From contig JAFGAR010000146.1 of NCBI GenBank assembly GCA_016933575.1, positions 1-64,000 of the forward strand: 64,000 bases of DNA. Direction: 5' to 3'. Positions 1 to 7,868 of this stretch are shown piece after piece; the first letter of the stretch is position 1; every line of letters starts with the position of its first letter. Made by a program: the position numbers and the translations under genes. The notes under the pieces are model-generated. The model saw only the letters and a program-made list of their open reading frames with translations, made no database searches and was not told the origin of the DNA. This DNA is from Candidatus Thorarchaeota archaeon. GTDB taxonomy: Archaea; Asgardarchaeota; Thorarchaeia; Thorarchaeales; Thorarchaeaceae.

Positions 1-38
1 CGGAACATCTTTTCTTCATCCGACTCTTCAAAATGCAT
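1..38 (-). CDS. 5' end of a gene running off the left window edge (MHFEESDEEKMF...)
   Basis: Minus-strand ATG at 38 preceded by GAGGT SD-like motif; frame open to the edge; a decayed copy of the same 5' end lies at ~6806-6890. Confidence 0.4.
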   Translation of the reverse strand, partial: MHFEESDEEKMF

Positions 39-90
39 AGTAACTACCTCTTGCTAGCTTGAGTCTTGCCTGCGAGCGAGAGGGGAGCGG

Positions 91-122
91 GTCTTGCTTA
101 TAGTTCCTTCGTATGAGGCTCT
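91..122 (+). repeat. Intergenic direct repeat copy 1 (GTCTTGCTTATAGTTCCTTCGTATGAGGCTCT)
   Basis: 77-122 matches 4107-4152 with 3 mismatches in 46 nt; 13-70 resembles 6836-6890. Confidence 0.9.
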
Positions 123-253
123 ATCTGTTAATGACATGAACATAAATCTTAAGCAATGTATCACAAGCAGGAAATATCTCGTGGCATCCATCTGATTTTT
201 TATTCCCTCGTGAGAAAGAGATATCAGGTTGTTCTTATAGGATGGGCTAAACA

Positions 254-706
254 ATGAGAACGAAAAACGAGCAGAATAAAAATGATACAGGAAAAGTACG
301 TGGCACAACATTGAGAGTTTATCATCATTTAATTCGCTCTTCAGAGTCAAAAACAGCAAGAGCGATTCAACGGGACTTGGGTCTCTCAAGTCCAAGTTTG
401 GCTCTTTATCATTTGAATCGGCTTATTGAATATAATCTTGTTGAAACTGATTCAGCTGGGCAATATTTTGCATCGAAAGTTGTTCGGATTGGCATTCTTC
501 GTTCCTATTTGAAGATTGGTAACCTGCTTGTTCCAAGACAGATTTTCTATGGCATATTCTTCCTCTCGACACTGATTTTCTCCTTACTTTTTTTTGATAT
601 CATCTTACGACCTGTTGATATCACATTTCTCATCGTACTTATCGTTGGAACAATTACATCCTTTCTTGAAGCTTATTGGCTTTTAAATCGTGAAATAGAG
701 GTGTAG
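254..706 (+). CDS. Winged-HTH transcriptional regulator with two C-terminal TM helices
   Basis: ARAIQRDLGLSSPSLALYHLNRL HTH motif followed by two hydrophobic segments. Confidence 0.8.
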   Translation: MRTKNEQNKNDTGKVRGTTLRVYHHLIRSSESKTARAIQRDLGLSSPSLALYHLNRLIEYNLVETDSAGQYFASKVVRIGILRSYLKIGNLLVPRQIFYGIFFLSTLIFSLLFFDIILRPVDITFLIVLIVGTITSFLEAYWLLNREIEV

Positions 707-803
707 ACGTACTGATCTATGTTTTGAGCTCTTAATTTTCTGGAAGCTCTAAACATACAATTATACCTATATTTGATGTATAATGACATAGTGATTTGAT
801 TAT

Positions 804-1973
804 ATGAAGCACACAGATGGATTACATATTTCATATTTCTATGCGATCATCGCAGGCTTATTCGTATCTCTCCTTGTCATTGCTTCAGTAAATACAGTCA
901 TTTCTCTTTCAACACCATCATCTAATTCAGATTTGGTTCTTCCAGGAAGTTCTATTGAATCAACTGTGTTTTCCAATATAACAAGTGATAATTTAGATCA
1001 ATGTGTTTTCAATGGAACATGGAAACATGTTTCAAATGAGCCATATTTGATGAACCTGACCCTCCCAGAAAATAAAGTAAATGTAAGTCAAGCACATCAG
1101 GTTTGCGAGAACTTCCTTGGCTCTGATCTTTATGCACTCCTATCATTCGATAGTTATCTCACACCAGTAGATAATCAGACACATCTCTGGGGACTTGCAT
1201 TTTCATATTCTGCGAATACAAGTGCATTTGCTGCTAACATTTGGATTAATGCGATATCTGGAAAAGTATGTGCATATGCGGAGCATGCATCAAGCACCCA
1301 GTGGTTCAAAGAACACAACCTCATCGATCCATCTCTGAATCCAACAGATACAGATCCGAATTATGTTGATTCTATTGCACTGGAATTTTTGCAAGTGCAT
1401 AATTATACGATTCTTCCAGAGGCTCGTCATATTAGAACACATACAGTTGAATCTAGCACTGAGAGCATTTTGTATGAGGTTGAAATCGCTATACCTAATC
1501 AAGGCATATTCTCTAGTCGATTACTTTCAGGAGTCATACTGATTGTCGATTCTTCTATTTCAAGAGTCATATCCCTATCGTACACATATATTCGTCTACC
1601 TATGATTGATTTATCTAGCGTCAAGCTATGCTCCTCTGAAGATGCTCGAGCCTTTGCCTCAAGATTTGTAAGTCCTAGTAAGATTCAGTGGGAAGGCACA
1701 TACCTCAGAATGATTCCTAAAACTCCACTATTCGTCGATGAAATGCAATTCCAACTAGCATTTGGATTTGAATTTATTCATGCTAATAATGAAATAGACG
1801 AAATACAGGTCGATGCAATAACAGGACAGTATTCTGATTTGTACACTGGTATTGTACTGCATCGATATGATACATCCTTTGGTGTTTTAATGTTCTCATT
1901 ATCTTGTGTTGGGTTTTCAGTAACTATCTGTTTTGCTTCTCGTTTTCTCATACAGCGAAATAGAAGACCTTGA
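804..1973 (+). CDS. Membrane-anchored extracellular protein with PepSY-like motifs
   Basis: N- and C-terminal TM segments; INAISGKV and VDAITGQ resemble PepSY IDAxTG motifs. Confidence 0.55.
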   Translation: MKHTDGLHISYFYAIIAGLFVSLLVIASVNTVISLSTPSSNSDLVLPGSSIESTVFSNITSDNLDQCVFNGTWKHVSNEPYLMNLTLPENKVNVSQAHQVCENFLGSDLYALLSFDSYLTPVDNQTHLWGLAFSYSANTSAFAANIWINAISGKVCAYAEHASSTQWFKEHNLIDPSLNPTDTDPNYVDSIALEFLQVHNYTILPEARHIRTHTVESSTESILYEVEIAIPNQGIFSSRLLSGVILIVDSSISRVISLSYTYIRLPMIDLSSVKLCSSEDARAFASRFVSPSKIQWEGTYLRMIPKTPLFVDEMQFQLAFGFEFIHANNEIDEIQVDAITGQYSDLYTGIVLHRYDTSFGVLMFSLSCVGFSVTICFASRFLIQRNRRP

Positions 1974-2174
1974 ATGTTGTTCGAGCTATTCTCTAGATAC
2001 GGTGTCGTCTACGAAACTTCGTGAATACTTGAATCAGCTGAATTCTAAAATTGTTGGTGGTAGTGGTTGGTTTTTCGAAACAATTGACCTTGACCAATTG
2101 GGAAGCTATTTTTTTGCATATTATTTATATTCAAGTACAATATAATACATTACGCTTGTTGATAACAAGAAGGG

Positions 2175-3848
2175 GTGAAGTTTCTTTTGGGAAAGAGAAC
2201 AATTGCTATGATCTTTGTAATTCAAGTGGTTTTTTTGATTGCGCAAGTATATCCAGTAGCTGCACAGTCGTCGAACAATGAAGCCATTCTACAGAGCAAA
2301 CCTGACATGCAAGAAAGAGTTGAATTCGCATCGAATAAAGCACAGGCTCAAGTTATGGATTTCATGAGCCGGGATTGGACTATAATTGACTGTTCATCTC
2401 CTCATGCCAACGATTTATCGATAAACAACCAACCTGCTAAAATCTCAGACTCTCAACCAATATCAAAGGAAACGAACATTAGCGACGTCAATGAACCCAT
2501 AGTTCAGTTTGAAAAATATCCATCAATAGATATTAATCAGCCTGAACTATCAGCATCTGGTGCATCATCATCAAACATAATGAGTTCTGAGGATATTCTC
2601 GCGAGCAATCCATCTTATTATCCCTACACTGAAACCTATAGTTTTCCAGCTCCGATTATGTCTCCCACAAAAGATGGTAATTGGTTTCCAAAACAGAGCT
2701 ACTCAGTACTTGCTTTTGAGTATAATAATCCCCTTTTGTGTTGTGTGAACTTCTGGATAGACATTCAACGAGACCAAGACGTATACTCACGTTACCTAAC
2801 TATTTACCAAGATGGAGGACTAATCCTTCAAGTTGTAATAGGATCAGGAGGTTATCATGGTGCTGTTGACTTAGGTTGGTCATTACAAGGCAATCACAAA
2901 ATTGAAGTTCAGATTAATTATTGCGGCTGGAAAGATCATCAATGGAAACTTACTTATGCGCAGCCATTCATTGCTCATTGGACTGGAGAAAAAGAGCCAA
3001 TCTATGATTTCTGGGAATATTTCCCGTCAGGATATTATCCAACACTTGAATGGCAGGTGCAAGCTGGATTTGATTCCTATATTCATTTAGAAACCAATGT
3101 TATATCAGGCTCAGCGCACTACATCTACATCTACATTAATGGAGTATATCGTGCATTAGTGCGGTCTGGGGGGGCTTCTGCATTAATACTTCAGTCGTAT
3201 CCTGATGACTCAGTAGTAACTGTGAAACTCAAGCTCTCTACAAGTGCTGAAGAGTATTATGGAACTAAAATCAAGTATTTCACCATCAGTCATAACGTAG
3301 TAACTCTGGAGATTGATTGGATGGGCTTAAGCGATGGAACTCCACTCGTTCCATTTGCGGATCTATTTACAATGACTGAGTATGTGCGGTCCTACTATAT
3401 ACTCCATGGATATGCTCGCCTTGACTGCATAGTAGACAATTGGATATTGAAGGACGCTCACACAACACCTGATGATTACAAATACTATCGATCAATAAAC
3501 TATGCACATGCTGGGAACAGCAAATTTGAGTGGGTTCTTATTGCAGAATATGGTGGTGGATATTATTCCGAAACTTACGGTTGGCATTGGAAAGATGCAA
3601 CAGCGGATTGGGGAATTGCCATCTTTGCTTCACAGTGTGGAACCCTCAATTATATGCGGATGGTCTTGCTTCATGAATTTGGCCATCATGCTGGTATAAT
3701 AGAATACGATAATGTTGGTGAGGAGAAATATTGCAGTAATTTTGGTTGTTGTATGTCTTATGCCACTGGTTCAAATGCAGTAGCTGCTCCTTGGTATTGT
3801 ATAAAGCACTGGTCTCTGAGGGAGTATCCATTTACTCCTCAAGGATAA
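2175..3848 (+). CDS. Secreted zinc metalloprotease (C-terminal metzincin/archaemetzincin-like domain)
   Basis: Signal peptide ending VAA-Q; HEFGHHAG at nt 3672; C..CCMS Met-turn-like segment and CxxH. Confidence 0.7.
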   Translation: MKFLLGKRTIAMIFVIQVVFLIAQVYPVAAQSSNNEAILQSKPDMQERVEFASNKAQAQVMDFMSRDWTIIDCSSPHANDLSINNQPAKISDSQPISKETNISDVNEPIVQFEKYPSIDINQPELSASGASSSNIMSSEDILASNPSYYPYTETYSFPAPIMSPTKDGNWFPKQSYSVLAFEYNNPLLCCVNFWIDIQRDQDVYSRYLTIYQDGGLILQVVIGSGGYHGAVDLGWSLQGNHKIEVQINYCGWKDHQWKLTYAQPFIAHWTGEKEPIYDFWEYFPSGYYPTLEWQVQAGFDSYIHLETNVISGSAHYIYIYINGVYRALVRSGGASALILQSYPDDSVVTVKLKLSTSAEEYYGTKIKYFTISHNVVTLEIDWMGLSDGTPLVPFADLFTMTEYVRSYYILHGYARLDCIVDNWILKDAHTTPDDYKYYRSINYAHAGNSKFEWVLIAEYGGGYYSETYGWHWKDATADWGIAIFASQCGTLNYMRMVLLHEFGHHAGIIEYDNVGEEKYCSNFGCCMSYATGSNAVAAPWYCIKHWSLREYPFTPQG

Positions 3849-4120
3849 TTCAGGAAGTAACTCTTACAATTAATCAAAATTCCCTAGGAGCGCATCAATT
3901 ATCTTATGATGCAGATCCACCAGTTTTACTCTTAGACGTTTGAGGATTTTCATGATAAAGATATTGTTGCAGAATGGAGAAATCTATATTGAATTCTAAA
4001 AAAAGTATAGAAAAAATTCTACCTGATAATCATCCAAAGGCAGACAAAAATGCATGATGCAACATGGAGTTCAGTTTTTTTTATTATGTGAAACCTTGCT
4101 TGCCACCGAGAGGGGGGCGG

Positions 4121-4152
4121 GTCTTGCTTATACTTCCTTCGAATGAGGCTCT
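4121..4152 (+). repeat. Intergenic direct repeat copy 2
   Basis: GTCTTGCTTATACTTCCTTCGAATGAGGCTCT. Confidence 0.9.
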
Positions 4153-4318
4153 GCCTGCCATTGCATCTATTGCTAGTAGCAAATTACTGTTCTCTCTGAA
4201 CAATCAATATGCTGCCTGAACAAGTCATACAGCACGAGCCCAAGTAGACCAACAAGAACCGGTGCAACTGGAGAAAACTGCGAATTTATCAGGAATTTGT
4301 GAAGCGCAATCTTAATAT

Positions 4319-4350
4319 GTAAATTCTACTTTACGTATAATATACTTTAC
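4319..4350. promoter_or_regulatory. Tandem palindromic operator (GTAAA-N6-TTTAC x2) upstream of XRE regulator
   Basis: GTAAATTCTACTTTAC then GTATAATATACTTTAC, directly before the HTH gene. Confidence 0.6.
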
Positions 4351-4352
4351 AT

Positions 4353-4604
4353 TTGGTGTGGCGAGTGGTAATTACAAACAAACTCAAGGAATATCGTGAA
4401 CAGAAGATGCGCCTTGCGTCAAATTCCTCGGATTGGACTCAAGAAACCATCGCACTTCGTGTTGGAGTGACACGACAGACAATAATCTCGATAGAGAAAG
4501 GAACATACAACCCCTCTCTGGAACTAGCATTCCGTCTCGCTAGTTTGCTCAATGTAAGAATCGACGATCTCTTTCAATTTGAAGGTGATGAAATTGAATA
4601 CTAA
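4353..4604 (+). CDS. XRE/Cro-family HTH transcriptional regulator
   Basis: TQETIALRVGVTRQTIISIEKGTYNPSLELAFRLA. Confidence 0.92.
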   Translation: MVWRVVITNKLKEYREQKMRLASNSSDWTQETIALRVGVTRQTIISIEKGTYNPSLELAFRLASLLNVRIDDLFQFEGDEIEY

Positions 4605-4959
4605 GCATGCTGTCTATATTCTGATGTTTCTGTATGTCGCAATCGTCCTTGTGACTGTCATTATATTATTTCCTGACAGTTATCTCTCGGGAATAATTTC
4701 TGGAATCTTCTCTGCTGTCCTCGTGGGATTACTTGCTCGGAAATCGAATTTCGATTCACACAAAGATGAAAGAACAATACTGATTGCGAACAAGTCTGCT
4801 GGAATCGCATTAATATTCTTCATCTTTGGTGTGCCGCTTTTTGGAGTTCTGACCATGGCAGAGATTCCCGTTTTAGACACAGGATTTTCTCTATGGTTGC
4901 TGTATTTCATGGTGCTCAGTGTGTGGTGGCTTTCAGCAGGTTACTACTATAAGAAGTAG
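4579..4959 (+). CDS. DUF2178-like 4-TM membrane protein
   Basis: DERT motif between TM pairs; usual partner of XRE regulators. Confidence 0.7.
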   Translation: MKVMKLNTKHAVYILMFLYVAIVLVTVIILFPDSYLSGIISGIFSAVLVGLLARKSNFDSHKDERTILIANKSAGIALIFFIFGVPLFGVLTMAEIPVLDTGFSLWLLYFMVLSVWWLSAGYYYKK

Positions 4960-5042
4960 ATACAATCAAAGAAGTAGATGGCCAGAATCAATACTTGACC
5001 ATTTTGTTTAGATTCACCTTTGGGAATAGACTTAATGACATT

Positions 5043-5070
5043 GCCCTGCTTATAGTTCCTTCAACTGAGG
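5043..5070 (+). repeat. Intergenic direct repeat copy 3
   Basis: GCCCTGCTTATAGTTCCTTCAACTGAGG. Confidence 0.85.
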
Positions 5071-5163
5071 ATTTTCTAACCAAAGTATCTCATCGCAAAA
5101 CAACAACCGACTTGGAAGGACATGCTCCAAAGAGCGTAACTGAATCCAATACTAGATGAATAA

Positions 5164-5985
5164 CTATTCGACCATTTTAACCAGAAAAGCGACTTCCTTT
5201 GGAAAGTTGGCTTTCAGTCTATTCTTCTTCAGATTCTCTCTGACAATCCACTTTATGTCGGTATCGTTACTCTGAGCAAGTTCTTCAAGAAATCGAAATC
5301 CCGCTGAAGGGATTGCTCGCACTACCACACTAATCGAATAGCCTAGCGCCTTACGCAGAGTTCTGAACTCTTCTGACTTTCGATCTTCTGAGGATGCAGT
5401 TCTCTTGATGACTCTTCTATTTGCCTTAAGTGCCCACTCTGCAGAACTGCTATCCTTCAATAGACTTGGTTCTGCAATACCTGCTACGACCCCTCGCAAC
5501 ACCAACCATCCATCGCTCTTGATCCATTCCTCCAATTCTCTCCAGACCTTGACATCGCCGCCAGAGAGTAGCTTCTGAAGAGCAAATGCGACACCTTCAC
5601 GCATCCGCCAGCGAGAGTCTTTTGCCAAAGTTCGTAGATCAAGGAGTGCCTTCTTTTGATATTCCGGAAGCGTTGCTCCGACTGCCCCTAGTCCTCTAAC
5701 ACCACAGAATGCTATGAACTCTCTTGGATCATTGACTGGCGCTTCTTCAGCCGATATTCTTGCCATCGTTGAGCAGAGTTCCCAGATTTCCTTGGGCGGG
5801 TCTATAGCAGCTCTGCTGGAAATCATCTCTTCGAAAGCAGCTGCAAGCTCCAAGTTACCTCTTGGTCCTGGTAGATTGCTATTTGCGGTGAGATATTTGA
5901 AGAGGTATTCACTGATATTACTATTCGGAAAATGACTGAAGATTTCTGACAATTCGACAACGTGTTTCTGTTCTTTGCTCAACAT
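5164..5985 (-). CDS. HEAT-repeat protein (DNA-alkylation-repair AlkC/AlkD-like fold)
   Basis: NSNLPGPRGNLELA, DSRWRMREGVA, WIVRENLKKNRL helical-repeat motifs. Confidence 0.65.
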   Translation of the reverse strand: MLSKEQKHVVELSEIFSHFPNSNISEYLFKYLTANSNLPGPRGNLELAAAFEEMISSRAAIDPPKEIWELCSTMARISAEEAPVNDPREFIAFCGVRGLGAVGATLPEYQKKALLDLRTLAKDSRWRMREGVAFALQKLLSGGDVKVWRELEEWIKSDGWLVLRGVVAGIAEPSLLKDSSSAEWALKANRRVIKRTASSEDRKSEEFRTLRKALGYSISVVVRAIPSAGFRFLEELAQSNDTDIKWIVRENLKKNRLKANFPKEVAFLVKMVE

Positions 5986-6102
5986 CGCTCACTCCTTGGA
6001 CACCCATCCAACTTGATATACGTCTTTCGTGATTTTGCCTGTAGCCCTCTCAACTATTTAGCTTCTAGAATCAGGAGTTCTCAACAATGTAAGTCTGGAA
6101 AA

Positions 6103-6134
6103 GCCGTGTCTATAGTTCCTTCATATGAGGCTCT
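6103..6134 (+). repeat. Intergenic direct repeat copy 4
   Basis: GCCGTGTCTATAGTTCCTTCATATGAGGCTCT. Confidence 0.85.
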
Positions 6135-6310
6135 ACCTGTCACCAAACACATGACTATTTACAGGTTAGGCTCTTGATGTCACCATCATGGTCCATGAAC
6201 TCTGCGAGAGAGAGCTACTTCGTAATTTCATTTAGATTGACGTCCAACCTAGTGGTGGAAACAGAAGACTGCATCATAGGTTTTCGAGGTGGTAAAGGCT
6301 GCTGTCTGTC

Positions 6311-6721
6311 TTAGTTCGATTGGTCCAGTTTTAACCATTGAACCACTTCCTCTATCAATACTGCTAGTACAATCAATAGTGCAAAAGGGGGGATTACGAA
6401 TAGGAATGGAACCTCAGGATCCATACCGGGCGGATGTATACCGACAAGAGTAAGTAGCACTACAACTAGAATCACGATGGCACCTATGGAAATTGCTGAA
6501 TTGACTCTGCCAAATTTGTAGGCATTCACTTCATCCATTCGACGTTTCCGCCCCCACCATCCTAAGAGAGTGATACCCGCCAGACCACCTATAGAAATCA
6601 CTAGAAATAATTGAGTATTGAGTTCAAGAGGAATTGCAACAAGTCCTAGATGATTAGCAATGAGAATAATTAGAATGGCACATACTAAGATGAGAAAGTC
6701 TATCCTACTCCGTTCGCCCAT
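6311..6721 (-). CDS. Hypothetical 4-TM membrane protein
   Basis: ATG-initiated 136-aa ORF with four hydrophobic segments. Confidence 0.7.
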   Translation of the reverse strand: MGERSRIDFLILVCAILIILIANHLGLVAIPLELNTQLFLVISIGGLAGITLLGWWGRKRRMDEVNAYKFGRVNSAISIGAIVILVVVLLTLVGIHPPGMDPEVPFLFVIPPFALLIVLAVLIEEVVQWLKLDQSN

Positions 6722-6835
6722 ACAAATGTCCCATTGACCATTGTGTCATAACAGTTATTCAATTTGTTGTTCAATGGATTTTAATTGTTATTAACACCCA
6801 CCAGCTAGACTCTCATTTGCCCTTGGAGCTTTCTC

Positions 6836-6936
6836 TCTTCATTCGACTCTTCAAGATGCAAGTAAACTACCTCTTCACTTGAGTCTTGCCGTGGTCTAGA
6901 TTCAAGTGTCCTGATTCATAGTTCCTTCGTATGAGG
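6836..6936 (+). repeat. Intergenic direct repeat copy 5 with extended left flank
   Basis: Core GTCCTGATTCATAGTTCCTTCGTATGAGG at 6908-6936; 6836-6890 resembles 13-70. Confidence 0.88.
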
Positions 6937-7033
6937 TCTTTTGTGGTTTGAAGAAGTGGACAAACAATGAATCTTAATTCTAAAGCCATACTAATGTATA
7001 TCAGCAAGTTCTTTCAATAACATCTGACTCATA

Positions 7034-7654
7034 ATGCAAAACATAAGCTCTGAACTCTATCATGTGACAAAACGTGACATCAAGAAGGTAATTGAAACCT
7101 TGGCACGGGCATTTTCTGAGGATCACCTGATGTGTTATTTCGCTCCTGACCCTGAGAGAAGGTTGAGATTTCTTCCAAGATACTTCAACTATCGTATCAG
7201 AAACACTCTCATTGATGGAAATATCTATGCCACCTCTGAAGACATAGAGGGCGTTGTCTTCCTTACACAAACAGAGTACAAGAGTACCTACAGTTTGCCA
7301 AGGGCAATGCGAACAGGAGGGTTGGGCCTATATCGAGTCGCCGGGTCTGAGAATGTCAGAAAAATGCGAGAAGTAGAGAGATTTGTGTCTGACAAGAGAG
7401 ATGAGTGTATCTCTGAACAATATTTGTACCTGGGATCATTGGCAGTTCATCCAGACTATCAAGGAAAAGGTCTGGCTAGCAAACTCATTCGACCTATTCT
7501 GGAGGCTTGCCATTCTCATAACAGGCTCTGCGTCCTCGATGCTGAAGATGAAAGCCTTGTGCAAATGTACGAACATTTTGGGTTTGAAGTAGTTGATTCA
7601 TACATATTGCCTGATGCCAACATCCAACATTGGATCATGGCAAAACGTCCCTAA
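7034..7654 (+). CDS. GNAT N-acetyltransferase
   Basis: YLGSLAVHPDYQGKGLAS motif A; MYEHFGF. Confidence 0.92.
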   Translation: MQNISSELYHVTKRDIKKVIETLARAFSEDHLMCYFAPDPERRLRFLPRYFNYRIRNTLIDGNIYATSEDIEGVVFLTQTEYKSTYSLPRAMRTGGLGLYRVAGSENVRKMREVERFVSDKRDECISEQYLYLGSLAVHPDYQGKGLASKLIRPILEACHSHNRLCVLDAEDESLVQMYEHFGFEVVDSYILPDANIQHWIMAKRP

Positions 7655-7868
7655 CTAATGAAACACCATCTCCCTGTATCTCTTAAGAAAGAAGAGCAGT
7701 TACCGCAGTTGAGGGGCTCACAGCCGTAGTCTTAGCTGACCTTGTCCTGAGAGGAAGATGAGTCAGAAAAAGGATGATTCAAACATTATAGATTACTATA
7801 ATAGGTATCATTCTCTCATAAGCCAACAGCCATCAGATGTGGTGCGGTCAAAGAGAGTGAAGATAAGA

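Noticed and set aside
54-395. 113-aa minus-strand ORF
   Set aside because: Antisense to the wHTH gene, runs through the repeat and has no recognisable motif.
91-6936. CRISPR array or canonical integron attC interpretation of the repeats
   Set aside because: Spacing is 0.8-4 kb with whole genes between copies; no cas or intI gene in the window; no RYYYAAC...GTTRRRY ends or attC hairpin.
7681-7765. SAM-I or TPP riboswitch resemblance (AAGAGCAG...GAGGG...CTGAGAGGAAGATGAG)
   Set aside because: Core elements are missing (GCAAC and GTGC for SAM-I; CCTGA/AGCGT for TPP), and the downstream gene is unrelated.
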